Below, piece after piece: positions 48,743 to 58,398 of a stretch of DNA of 64,000 nt (positions within the stretch are counted from its first letter, which is position 1; every line of letters starts with the position of its first letter). Made by a program: the position numbers and the translations under genes. Below the pieces are notes generated by a model. That model searched no databases. It had not been told where the DNA came from and worked only from the letters and a program-made list of their open reading frames with translations. This DNA comes from Flavobacteriales bacterium (lineage in GTDB: Bacteria > Bacteroidota > Bacteroidia > Flavobacteriales_D > UBA2798), in assembly GCA_037443205.1 (NCBI GenBank), contig JBBIOU010000003.1, forward strand, positions 71,309-135,308. Direction: 5' to 3'.

Positions 48743-50227
48743 ATGATGCGTACACTTGCGTTTTTTTGCATTTGTTTTTTTACTACAACCTTATCGGCAC
48801 AAAAAGCAAATAATAAAAACAACCAATTAAAATTTAAAATAAACGGAGTAAAAGACACCATCGTGCATTTAGCCAATTATTACGGCAATAAATTATATTA
48901 TGCAGATACTGCCAGAGCTGACAAAAACGGCAATATAGTATTTAATAAAAAACAACATCCCGGAGGAGTATATGCGGTTGTTGTACCCGGAAACAAATAT
49001 TTTGAAATTATTATTGACAAAGAAGATATAGAAATAGAAAGCGATACAACCGATTTGCCCGGAAAAATTATCATTAAAAAATCCGAAAACAACAAACTTT
49101 TTTATGAATACATTCGCTTTATAAATCAAAAAAGAAATGAAGCAGAACCAATACGCGCCAAACTAAAAGAAGCAGAAAATGACCCTGAGCGAGCTGCTTC
49201 GCTGCGCGAACAATTGCAAAAAATTGATAAAGAAGTAAAAACCTATCAGCAACAGCTCATCAAAAATAACCCGGATAAATTAGTTGCTAAAATCATTAAA
49301 ATTTCTATGGATGTGGAAATACCCGAAGCACCTAAAAATGCTGACGGCTCCCCGGTAGATTCATTATTTGCTTACAAATACAATAAAGCACATTATTTTG
49401 ATAACATTGACCTGACAGACGACCGCTTAGTGCGCAGCCCCTTTTTTCATAACCGTATAGAAAACTATTATAAAAACATGATAGCGCAAATACCCGACAC
49501 CTTTATTGTAGAAATAGACCGAACAGTTCCTTTATTCGAATCATCCAAAGAACAATTTAAATACGTGGTTCATCATTTAACATATAATACCGAAACCTCT
49601 AAAGTTATGTGTATGGACGCAGCATTTGTTCACATAGTAAACAAATATTATAAAACCGGAAAGGTTTGGTGGCTCGAACCCGATAAACTAAAAAAAATAA
49701 CCGATAGGGCTACCGAATTAGAGCCTATATTATGTGGAGTAAAAGTGCATCCGCTTTCCATGCTCGATTCTACCAATACCAGATGGATTAGATTATATGA
49801 CATCAAAGCAGAATATATTGCACTTATTTTTTGGGACCCGGATTGCGGACATTGCAAAAAAGAAATGCCTAAGTTTGCCGGGTTATATAATAAGTTTAAA
49901 GGGAAAGGTTTTGAAGTATATGCCGTTAGTTCCGATCATGATGAAAAATGGAGAAAATACATACGCGAAAATAATTTGAATTGGATTAATGTGGGCATAC
50001 CGGCCGACTATTATTCTAAACAAGAAAAAGCAATAGAGCAAATTCAAAAAGGAAACACAGATTTAAAAAGTTTAAATTACCGCACAACTTTTGATATATA
50101 CAGCACACCCAAAGTATTTTTATTAGACAAAAATAAAAAAATAATAGCCAAGCAAATTGAAGCCGAACAAATGGAAAAACTCTTAGAATTTTACTACAAT
50201 AAAGAAGAAAAAAAAACTGAAAAATAA
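48743..50227 (+). CDS. thioredoxin-fold (TlpA/ResA-like) protein with N-terminal DUF5106-like domain
   Basis: Has a signal peptide and the CxxC motif in ..FWDPDCGHCKKEMP... Confidence 0.8.
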   Translation: MMRTLAFFCICFFTTTLSAQKANNKNNQLKFKINGVKDTIVHLANYYGNKLYYADTARADKNGNIVFNKKQHPGGVYAVVVPGNKYFEIIIDKEDIEIESDTTDLPGKIIIKKSENNKLFYEYIRFINQKRNEAEPIRAKLKEAENDPERAASLREQLQKIDKEVKTYQQQLIKNNPDKLVAKIIKISMDVEIPEAPKNADGSPVDSLFAYKYNKAHYFDNIDLTDDRLVRSPFFHNRIENYYKNMIAQIPDTFIVEIDRTVPLFESSKEQFKYVVHHLTYNTETSKVMCMDAAFVHIVNKYYKTGKVWWLEPDKLKKITDRATELEPILCGVKVHPLSMLDSTNTRWIRLYDIKAEYIALIFWDPDCGHCKKEMPKFAGLYNKFKGKGFEVYAVSSDHDEKWRKYIRENNLNWINVGIPADYYSKQEKAIEQIQKGNTDLKSLNYRTTFDIYSTPKVFLLDKNKKIIAKQIEAEQMEKLLEFYYNKEEKKTEK

Positions 50228-50230
50228 TTG

Positions 50231-51784
50231 CTACGATTGTATTTTTGTTTGAGCCTTTTCTTTAACTTTATCTTGTATGCTCTTGTTTTCAATCTTACTT
50301 TCTAAATAAGATATGATGTCAAAATAAATAAAGGCTCTCCGTTCAAAGCGGTCTTTTTGCAAACGCTCCATCCGTATTTTTAATTTTTTAAATTTTTCGA
50401 TAACCTCATTTACGGAGATTACATTTTGTACTTCACGTAAAAAACTCATGATATAGTGCTTATACTTTACAAATCCTTGCTTTTTTAATAAAAAACGATA
50501 AGTAGCGCGGATATTCATCTCTATCATTTCATGATCGCCTAATTCAAAATAACATATTAAAAGCAATATGCGTGCAAATGAATGTAAATCTTCTCTTAAA
50601 TTGGTATCAGGTTCATGGATGATTCGGTTTAACCACTTAATGGCGGTTTTAAAATTACTACTGCCAAAATATAAACATGCAATTTTATAATAAAATATGA
50701 GTATCGTATTTTTATCTAATACACTAATCATTTTATTGAGTTCATTTTCTAATTTAGAAACAATACGTGTTCCGCTCTTAAACTCGCCTAACATAAAATG
50801 CCGGTTTATTTCGTGTATATAAATCGTTTTAAATAAATTTAAATAAATATTTTTTGTTAATACGATTTCTTTATCCCTTTTAAGCGCAACTAACTTGCGA
50901 TGTGTTTGCATAAAATCAGTGTATTTATAAAGTTTATTTTCAACTACTAATCGCGCATTTAATGCTTTTATATACATTTCAATATAATTTGATTTCATGG
51001 TTTTATAAGTTTCGAAAAGATCTGACCATTTGCAAGCATATTCATAAGCCTTTTTAAAATTACTTATGTATAAATAATAACCTGTTAATGCATAATATAA
51101 ATATACCAATTCATTGAACGAAAGTTTTTTTTCATCATATACCGGTATGTTTTGCTTAAAGTATTTTTCAATTTTCAGCAAATCATTATTGCTGCTTATA
51201 AAACCCTGCTTTTGATAATAAGTATTAAGTTTTAAGGCCAGATTCGAAAATATATTTATATTTTGTATACTTTTTGCGGTTAGTTGTGTTTCATTAATAA
51301 TATAATCAGCACGTTTTTCCAGACTTTCCTGCATGCCTTGCCGCAATGCCGATTTTTCCAGTTCCAAAATTTCAAGCAATAATATTTTACTATCGTATTC
51401 TTTAGCCTTTTTTTTAGCTTTGTCTATTACCGAAAGAGCATCAGCATACAAACACTTATTGTATAATATTCGGGCATTTTCTGTCATTTCCATTATTTTT
51501 TGTTTGCCTTCTTTGTTAGCTAGTGTAAATCGCAAGCATTTTAATATTTGATGATACAAATGTGCTTTTGCATTAGGTAATTGTAGTTTGCTGATTTCGG
51601 GAATTTTTTTCCGGATGATGGTTTCATCATAAGTTTTCATGCCGGCAATGACATCAAATAACTTTATGAATTTTTTGTCTTTTTCGGAAGCAATCCGCTG
51701 ACCGTAAATTTTAAATTGTCTTTTTTCACTTTTAGTTAAGGACCGTATAAGTTTATAAAGAGCCTCTGATATAATTTTAGACAT
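50231..51784 (-). CDS. hypothetical all-alpha (TPR-like) protein
   Basis: 517 aa. The N-terminal ..LTKSEKRQFKIY.. segment is followed by a helical repeat composition. Confidence 0.5.
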   Translation of the reverse strand: MSKIISEALYKLIRSLTKSEKRQFKIYGQRIASEKDKKFIKLFDVIAGMKTYDETIIRKKIPEISKLQLPNAKAHLYHQILKCLRFTLANKEGKQKIMEMTENARILYNKCLYADALSVIDKAKKKAKEYDSKILLLEILELEKSALRQGMQESLEKRADYIINETQLTAKSIQNINIFSNLALKLNTYYQKQGFISSNNDLLKIEKYFKQNIPVYDEKKLSFNELVYLYYALTGYYLYISNFKKAYEYACKWSDLFETYKTMKSNYIEMYIKALNARLVVENKLYKYTDFMQTHRKLVALKRDKEIVLTKNIYLNLFKTIYIHEINRHFMLGEFKSGTRIVSKLENELNKMISVLDKNTILIFYYKIACLYFGSSNFKTAIKWLNRIIHEPDTNLREDLHSFARILLLICYFELGDHEMIEMNIRATYRFLLKKQGFVKYKHYIMSFLREVQNVISVNEVIEKFKKLKIRMERLQKDRFERRAFIYFDIISYLESKIENKSIQDKVKEKAQTKIQS

Positions 51785-51938
51785 CGTAGTATTATTATTT
51801 ATTTTTCCTTAAAATTATTGAATAATTATATTACATTATAAATTTTTTGTACTTTGAACATCGTAGTATATATTTATTTTGGTTTAGATACCAATAGTGC
51901 TTGTTTTATACTTGTAACTAATTCAAATTAAATAAACA

Positions 51939-52940
51939 ATGAAAATAAACAAAGCGAAAATAACAGCGGTGGGAGCATACATACCGGAATATATTTTAAC
52001 AAACGAAGAGATGGAAACCATGGTAGAGACAACCAATGAATGGATTGTTACCCGCAGCGGAATCAGCGAACGAAGAATACTTAAAGACAAAACCAAAGCA
52101 TCAGCCTATATGGCACATAAAGCAGCCGAAGAAATTTTGCTGAAAAGAAATATTTCTGCTCAGGATATAGAACTTATAATAGTAGCAACCGTAACGCCCG
52201 ACCATCCATACCCCGCTACTGCCAATATAGTTGCTGATATGCTGGGGGCAAAAAATGCCTGGGGATATGATGTTCAGGCAGCCTGTTCAAGTTTTATTTA
52301 TGCATTACAAACTGCAGCTAAGTTTATAGAAACCGGTACACATACTAAAGTATTGGTTATAGGCAGCGATAAAATGTCGAGCATTGTAGATTATAGCGAT
52401 AGAACCACCTCTATTTTATTTGGAGATGCTGCCGCTGCAGTTTTGCTTGAACCATCAGAAGATGATTGTGGTATATGCGATGCAAAAATGTATGTTGATG
52501 GCAGTGGTAAAAAATATTTATATCAACCTGCAGGAGGCAGTTTAAACCCATCCAGCTACGATACGGTGTTAAACAAACTACATTTTGTTAGTATGGACGG
52601 GCAGGCAGTATTTAAAGTAGCAGTTACAAAAATGGCGGATGTGGCAGAGGAGATGATGAAAAGAAACAATCTTTCGGCCGAGGACGTTGCTTTTTTAGTA
52701 CCTCATCAGGCTAATAAAAGAATAATTGAAGCAGCGGCTGACAGAATGGGCATTAGTATGGATAAAGTAATGCTCAATATTCACAAATATGGTAATACCA
52801 CTTCAGCCACTTTGCCCTTATGTTTATACGAATGGGAAAAACAACTTAAAAAAGGAGATAATCTGATACTAACTACTTTTGGTGCAGGATTTACCTGGGG
52901 AGGAATGTATATTAAATGGGCCTATAATACCCTAAATTAA
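51939..52940 (+). CDS. fabH: 3-oxoacyl-ACP synthase III
   Basis: The Cys-His-Asn triad context is present (..QAACSSF.., ..VPHQANKRI.., ..YGNTTSATLP..). Confidence 0.92.
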   Translation: MKINKAKITAVGAYIPEYILTNEEMETMVETTNEWIVTRSGISERRILKDKTKASAYMAHKAAEEILLKRNISAQDIELIIVATVTPDHPYPATANIVADMLGAKNAWGYDVQAACSSFIYALQTAAKFIETGTHTKVLVIGSDKMSSIVDYSDRTTSILFGDAAAAVLLEPSEDDCGICDAKMYVDGSGKKYLYQPAGGSLNPSSYDTVLNKLHFVSMDGQAVFKVAVTKMADVAEEMMKRNNLSAEDVAFLVPHQANKRIIEAAADRMGISMDKVMLNIHKYGNTTSATLPLCLYEWEKQLKKGDNLILTTFGAGFTWGGMYIKWAYNTLN

Positions 52941-52978
52941 TTATGATTGCCTATTAAACTTAAATTTATTTTGTTCTT

Positions 52979-53329
52979 TTGCACTTGATGCAGACCGAAC
53001 GACTAAGAATAGACAATATCATTGTCGGCTACAGAAAAAAACCGGGCGAATTTTATTATTACTCTAAAGATTTATATGCCTGGTCGGGGCAGCCAATTAA
53101 ATTTAAACAAACCGATAAATACACCGGATTAAAAGATAAAAACAACAAACTTATATTTGAGCACGATATTATTTCCTGTAACGATAATTTTTTTGAAATA
53201 ATTTATGATAAAAAACTTGATAAGTTTTATTTATTAGAATTATCAACCGATACTATTTTTAATACAGAGGATGTTTTAAAATCAAAAAATTTTGTTTTTT
53301 ACAGCTATAGCTTTATTCAAAAAGCATGA
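52979..53329 (+). CDS. small YopX-like protein (putative)
   Basis: ..YTGLKDKNNKLIFEHDII.. resembles the YopX core motif (tGlkDknGkeIyeGDIv). The start is uncertain (TTG 52979 or ATG 52988). Confidence 0.4.
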   Translation: MHLMQTERLRIDNIIVGYRKKPGEFYYYSKDLYAWSGQPIKFKQTDKYTGLKDKNNKLIFEHDIISCNDNFFEIIYDKKLDKFYLLELSTDTIFNTEDVLKSKNFVFYSYSFIQKA

Positions 53330-54237
53330 AAAATATTTGCATCAGTAAACAAGCAGAACTAAGCGGTCATGCAGGCCCGGTTTATTGTTTATTAAAACTC
53401 CGGCAAAACAACTTGTTGCTGAGCGGCTCTGCCGATAAAATGATAGGCTCTTGGAATATAGATTCATACACACCTAATAATTTTTCGGTAAAAACAAACG
53501 CCTCGGTATTTAGTTTATGCCATATACATCCTCTCAATTATTTATGTGTAGGGTTGTCAAACGGCTCATTGCATATCATAGATTTAAATCAAAAAAAGGA
53601 AATAAAAAATATTGTTCATTATAAAGCTCCGGTATTTAATATCCTGTATAATTCCCATAAGCGGCATTTATATAGTGCTTCCGGTGACGGAATATTGAGT
53701 ATTTGGGATACAGATACTTTTAAATTATTATTAAATATTCCGATGGGAATATTTAAAATTCGCCAATTATCGCTACACCATAATCACCTGGCAGTGGCAT
53801 GCGGAGACGGAAACATCAGAATCCTCGAAACAGAATTTTATAACGAAATATATAAATTAAATGCTCATCAGGATAGCGTTCATTCCATTAAGTATAACGA
53901 AGCAAATAATTTATTGGTAAGTGGCGGTAAAGATGCACATCTGAAGTTTTGGGATGTTGGTAATCACTATAAACTTATTAAGTCAATACCTGCACATAAC
54001 TATGCCATTTATGCAATTGATTTTAATTCAGATCAAAGCTTAATGATTACCGGTAGTCGCGACAAAACAATTAAACTTTGGAATATCCATAATTATGAAA
54101 TTATAAAAAGAATAGATCGTAAAAATTTTCAGGCACACACACATTCAGTAAATGCTGTATTGTGGATAAACCAACAAATTTTTGTCAGCAGCGGTGATGA
54201 TAAAAAAATAATTTTCTGGAAAGTAGACGTTACCTGA
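53326..54237 (+). CDS. WD40-repeat beta-propeller protein
   Basis: About seven WD40 blades (..LLSGSADKMIGSWNI.., ..LVSGGKDAHLKFWDV.., ..MITGSRDKTIKLWNI.., ..VSSGDDKKIIFWKV). Overlaps the upstream ORF by 4 nt. Confidence 0.85.
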   Translation: MKNICISKQAELSGHAGPVYCLLKLRQNNLLLSGSADKMIGSWNIDSYTPNNFSVKTNASVFSLCHIHPLNYLCVGLSNGSLHIIDLNQKKEIKNIVHYKAPVFNILYNSHKRHLYSASGDGILSIWDTDTFKLLLNIPMGIFKIRQLSLHHNHLAVACGDGNIRILETEFYNEIYKLNAHQDSVHSIKYNEANNLLVSGGKDAHLKFWDVGNHYKLIKSIPAHNYAIYAIDFNSDQSLMITGSRDKTIKLWNIHNYEIIKRIDRKNFQAHTHSVNAVLWINQQIFVSSGDDKKIIFWKVDVT

Positions 54238-54871
54238 TATACTCTTTTGCCGGATAGAGAAACTCGCGTAATTCGTTTAATATAGCTGCCGTAGCACCCC
54301 AAACAATTTCTCCCTTTATATCAAAATAAGGAATGTTTTTTACCAAACCATAGCTCGCACGTATATCGGTAAATTTTATAACGTCATCATCAAAAATTCT
54401 TTTCAAAGGTGATTCAATAATATAATCAACCTCCTTAGGGTCAATTTTAAATATCGGAGCCGATTTACATATACCCAAAACCGGCTGCACTAAAAAATTA
54501 CTGGGCGGAATGTATAAAGAACTTAACCACCTAAGCGGCATCACATCATTTTTATCAACCCCAATTTCTTCCTGAGTTTCACGCAAAGCAGTTTCTGTAT
54601 AATCAACATCCGTTTCGTCTTTTCTTCCTCCCGGAAAACTTACTTGTGCACTGTGTGTTCCTGCATACACAGGACGTTTAATAAATACCACATAATCCGA
54701 ATTATTTTTAGTATATATCAGAACCAACACAGCACCGGTTTTATAATCCTTATGCAGGTTTATAATATTTTCGGGTTTAATATTTCTGCTCGGAGTCATC
54801 TTTACATGCGCTTCAAAGCCCGGCAAAGGGTTATTAGAAAGACTATTTACGATGTCGGCAAAATATTTCAT
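54230..54871 (-). CDS. NUDIX hydrolase, CoA pyrophosphatase-like
   Basis: The Nudix box GGRKDETDVDYTETALRETQEEIG is preceded by the ..HSAQVSFPGG.. CoA-type motif. Confidence 0.8.
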   Translation of the reverse strand: MKYFADIVNSLSNNPLPGFEAHVKMTPSRNIKPENIINLHKDYKTGAVLVLIYTKNNSDYVVFIKRPVYAGTHSAQVSFPGGRKDETDVDYTETALRETQEEIGVDKNDVMPLRWLSSLYIPPSNFLVQPVLGICKSAPIFKIDPKEVDYIIESPLKRIFDDDVIKFTDIRASYGLVKNIPYFDIKGEIVWGATAAILNELREFLYPAKEYIR

Positions 54872-54927
54872 AGCTCTTGTAAAAGTAATATAAACATCAT
54901 TTATCTTAGCATATATAATTATACTTT

Positions 54928-55692
54928 ATGGAAAATTTTTGGCATCAGTTCGATTTTTTTACCTCAGCCGAAGGGATTATGGGTATGCTAACACTTTGTG
55001 TGCTCGAAATTGTTTTAGGCATAGATAATCTTGTGTTCATTTCTATTTTAGTTGATAAGGCTCCTAAAGAAAAACAACGCTCTATAAGGCTAACCGGATT
55101 ATCGCTGGCACTCATATTCCGGGTTATCATGCTTTTTGGAATTACCTTTTTAACCCATCTACAAACACCGGTATTTGCCATTTACGAAACAGCATTTAGC
55201 TGGCGCGATATAATATTGCTTTTGGGTGGTTTGTTTCTGATTGCCAAAAGTACGCTCGAAATTCATCACAAAATAATGTCGGCCGGCTTGCCCCACGATG
55301 AAAATAAACAATCTAAAAAATCTACAACCGGCTTAGCCTCCATGATGATAGCTCAGATCATTTTAATAGACATTATTTTTTCTATTGATTCTATTTTAAC
55401 TGCCGTAGGATTAACCAACAACGTAGTATTAATGATTTTTGCGGTTGTTGTTGCCATTTTATTTATGATGTTATTTGCAAAAGCAGTAAGCGAATTTATC
55501 AATAAAAACCCAACTATAGTAATGTTGGCTTTATCATTTTTATTAATGATAGGGATGCTGCTGATTGCAGATGCATTTCATTTTCATGTTCCGCGGGGTT
55601 ATGTATATTTTGCCATGGCATTTTCGCTTATGGTAGAAATTTTTAATTTAATACTATTAAAAAGATTGAACAGACTACCGGGCAAAAATTAA
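54928..55692 (+). CDS. TerC-family integral membrane protein
   Basis: ..LEIVLGIDNLVFI.. and the second ..DSILTAVG.. half-repeat are typical of TerC. Confidence 0.85.
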   Translation: MENFWHQFDFFTSAEGIMGMLTLCVLEIVLGIDNLVFISILVDKAPKEKQRSIRLTGLSLALIFRVIMLFGITFLTHLQTPVFAIYETAFSWRDIILLLGGLFLIAKSTLEIHHKIMSAGLPHDENKQSKKSTTGLASMMIAQIILIDIIFSIDSILTAVGLTNNVVLMIFAVVVAILFMMLFAKAVSEFINKNPTIVMLALSFLLMIGMLLIADAFHFHVPRGYVYFAMAFSLMVEIFNLILLKRLNRLPGKN

Positions 55693-56123
55693 TCTCTATC
55701 GGGCAGTGCAAATAAATAGGGCACAGAATTACCGGCATTACAATCAATACAATCACGTTTATTGTTATAATAATGATTTAGGGTAACCAAACTATCATTT
55801 AATAATAATCCGATTTTTATTTTTTCATTGTTGTTCAGTTTACATTCAATCACATACATTTTCGGTTCATCATTAGGACGACTTTCGCTAAATAAAACGT
55901 TTCCGTTTTTAAATAAATCTTTTATATTCAAACTATCTATGTGGTTGCATTTTAACACACAACGCATCGAATCATTAGCCAAAATATAAGATTTTGTAAG
56001 CCTTAATAGTACGCGGTTTTCGGGCAGCCAGCCGCACCCCCGTCCCTTAAAAAATAAAACTGAAATAATCGTACCTAATACAAATCCAATTAAATAAAAA
56101 CGCAACCTTTTACCAAATGTCAT
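55689..56123 (-). CDS. hypothetical membrane-anchored Cys-rich protein
   Basis: 144 aa with an N-terminal TM. A perfect -7 box 4 nt upstream of the ATG supports expression. Confidence 0.5.
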   Translation of the reverse strand: MTFGKRLRFYLIGFVLGTIISVLFFKGRGCGWLPENRVLLRLTKSYILANDSMRCVLKCNHIDSLNIKDLFKNGNVLFSESRPNDEPKMYVIECKLNNNEKIKIGLLLNDSLVTLNHYYNNKRDCIDCNAGNSVPYLFALPDRD

Positions 56124-56127
56124 GTTG

Positions 56128-56135
56128 CAAAAATA
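56128..56135 (-). promoter_or_regulatory. -7 promoter box TATTTTTG placed 4 nt before the ATG (predicted leaderless mRNA)
   Basis: Minus strand reads TATTTTTG-caac-ATG (ATG at 56123). Confidence 0.55.
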
Positions 56136-56202
56136 TATTTTTATTAAAAAAAAGTGGACATAATTACAGTGATAAATAATACATTATTCACCATAATTAA
56201 AC

Positions 56203-56210
56203 TATTTTTG
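56203..56210 (+). promoter_or_regulatory. -7 promoter box TATTTTTG
   Basis: Lies 11 nt upstream of the ATG at 56222. Confidence 0.4.
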
Positions 56211-56221
56211 AAGCGCCTTAT

Positions 56222-57181
56222 ATGAAAACAATTATTTCTGATAATATAAACAAAGCCATAGAATTACTTAAAAACGATAAAGTAATAGGATTTCCCACTG
56301 AAACCGTTTATGGGCTTGCAGGAAATGCGCTGTCAATACGGGCTATTGAAAAAATATACGAAGTTAAACAACGGCCCAAAGAAAACCCACTCATACTTCA
56401 TATCGCTAATAAACAAGACTTATCAAAATATTGTTTCGTAGAACACGAAGTGTTTTTAAAACTGGCCGATAAATTTTGGCCCGGACCAATTACTTTTTTA
56501 TTGAATAAAACCAGTCTTATTTCAGAAATGGTTACGGCATCCAAACCCAAGGTTGCAGTACGTATTCCTAATCATGAGATGGCGTTACGGGTTTTAAAAA
56601 ATATAGATTTCCCACTGGTTGCTCCAAGTGCCAACCCGTTTAATTATATAAGCCCGACAAGCGCACAGCATGTTAAAGCGGCCTTAAATGCTAAAATTGA
56701 ATTTATACTTGATGGAGGTAAATGTGATAAGGGTATTGAATCTACTATTGTTGGTATGCATAAGGATGAACTTATTATTTATCGCCCCGGAACGATAAGT
56801 CTAGAAGATATTAAAAAAATTTACCCCAAAGTAAAACTAAATATCACTGATAAATCTGTTCAAACACCGGGAATGTTTAAAAAACACTATTCTCCTAAAA
56901 CACCGCTAATAGCCACCCATCATATTAACCGGGAAATAAAAAAACATTCTAATAAAAAATTAGGAGTATTAACCTTTACATCTTCCTCACCGATAAATGA
57001 TACACATATACACTATCATTTATCACCTAACTTAGATTATAATGAGGCAGCGCATAATTTATATGATTTTTTATATAAACTTGATGCAATGAACCTTGAT
57101 TTGATAATTGTAGAATTATTACCCGAAGGAGGAATGGCAACCGCTATTAACGATAGAATTAAAAAAGCATCAGCATGTTAA
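56222..57181 (+). CDS. tsaC: L-threonylcarbamoyladenylate synthase (Sua5/TsaC long form)
   Basis: YrdC domain (..GFPTETVYGLAGNA..) plus a C-terminal Sua5 domain. 319 aa. Confidence 0.9.
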   Translation: MKTIISDNINKAIELLKNDKVIGFPTETVYGLAGNALSIRAIEKIYEVKQRPKENPLILHIANKQDLSKYCFVEHEVFLKLADKFWPGPITFLLNKTSLISEMVTASKPKVAVRIPNHEMALRVLKNIDFPLVAPSANPFNYISPTSAQHVKAALNAKIEFILDGGKCDKGIESTIVGMHKDELIIYRPGTISLEDIKKIYPKVKLNITDKSVQTPGMFKKHYSPKTPLIATHHINREIKKHSNKKLGVLTFTSSSPINDTHIHYHLSPNLDYNEAAHNLYDFLYKLDAMNLDLIIVELLPEGGMATAINDRIKKASAC

Positions 57182-58398
57182 AGCGCAGCCGATAATAAGT
57201 CAATATCTTTATAAGGTAATTTAAAGGCTTCGCCTAAAATGGGATTAGTTAAAGTACCATGAAGCATATACACGCCATTTCTAAACCCAAAATCTTTTTT
57301 GATAAGTTTTTCGCATCCGCCAGACTCTCCAATTTCTATTAATAACGGACCGAAAATATTGCTGAGAGCAAAAGAAGCTGTACGCGGTACACGCGAAGCA
57401 ATGTTTGGTACACAATAATGTATAACATCATGCTTTACAAATACAGGTTTGTCGTGTGTGGTAATACGCGAGGTTTCAAAGCAACCCCCTTGATCAATGC
57501 TCACATCTATTAATACCGAGCCTTCTTTCATGTTTTCTATCATTTTTTCAGTAACAACACAAGGTGTTCTGCCGGCTTTCGCACGGATAGCACCAATTAC
57601 CACATCAGCCCTTTTTAAAGTTTTTTCTAAAACTTTGGGTTGTATAATAGAAGTATTTATACGCATACCCAAATCGTTTTGCAGCCTGCGCAACCTGTAA
57701 ATAGAATTATCAAATACCCTAACCGTAGCACCTAAACCCAAGGCCGAACGAGTTGCATATTCACCCACTGTACCTGCTCCCAAAATTACTACATCCGTTG
57801 GTGTTATTCCGGCCACTCCTCCCATCATCATGCCCTTGCCATTGTTTGTTTTACTAAGGTATTCGGCAGCAATTAATATAGCTGTGGTTCCGGCTATTTC
57901 TCCCATCGAACGAACCACCGGAAATATGCCTTCTTCGTCTTTGATATAATCCCAGGCTATGGCGGTAATTTTTTTCTGCATTAATTTTTTAAGTGTTTCT
58001 TTAGCCTGGGTGCTTAACTGAAGTGCCGAAATAAGGGTTTGTTTAGAAGTAAGCATACCTATTTCCTGCTCCGATGGAGGAGCCACTTTCATGATTATAT
58101 CAGCCTTATATACTTCCGATTTATCATAAGCTATTTGCGCACCGGCTTCGCTATACTCATTGTCACTGAAATTAGCCTGTTTACCTGCATGGGTCTCTAT
58201 TACCACCCTATGCCCGTTACTTACCAATAGCGCCACAGCATCAGGCACCAGCGCTACGCGGTTTTCCTGAAATGAGGTTTCGCAAGGAATACCGATATAT
58301 AAACTTTTTTTCTTGCGACCTATCTCCAGCATTTCTTCCTGGGGCAGCATTACTGCTTCCATAGCCAAAGATTTAAGGGCTTCCTGTGATATTTTCAT
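57178..58398 (-). CDS. alanine dehydrogenase / PNT-family NAD(H)-binding protein
   Basis: AlaDH/PNT N-terminal domain (..ENRVALVPDAV..) and Rossmann GAGTVG motif are present. 406 aa. Confidence 0.8.
   Translation of the reverse strand: MKISQEALKSLAMEAVMLPQEEMLEIGRKKKSLYIGIPCETSFQENRVALVPDAVALLVSNGHRVVIETHAGKQANFSDNEYSEAGAQIAYDKSEVYKADIIMKVAPPSEQEIGMLTSKQTLISALQLSTQAKETLKKLMQKKITAIAWDYIKDEEGIFPVVRSMGEIAGTTAILIAAEYLSKTNNGKGMMMGGVAGITPTDVVILGAGTVGEYATRSALGLGATVRVFDNSIYRLRRLQNDLGMRINTSIIQPKVLEKTLKRADVVIGAIRAKAGRTPCVVTEKMIENMKEGSVLIDVSIDQGGCFETSRITTHDKPVFVKHDVIHYCVPNIASRVPRTASFALSNIFGPLLIEIGESGGCEKLIKKDFGFRNGVYMLHGTLTNPILGEAFKLPYKDIDLLSAAL

Noticed and set aside
52979-54237. Possibility that the YopX-like ORF marks a prophage or defence island
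   Set aside because: There is no integrase, terminase, capsid, tail, restriction, toxin or other mobile or defence gene within at least 10 kb on either side. The flanking genes are housekeeping (fabH, NUDIX, terC, tsaC).
54872-54927. Looked for a yybP-ykoY (Mn) riboswitch upstream of the TerC-family gene
   Set aside because: The intergenic gap is only 56 nt and AT-rich. That is too short, and it lacks the G-rich conserved segments of that riboswitch.
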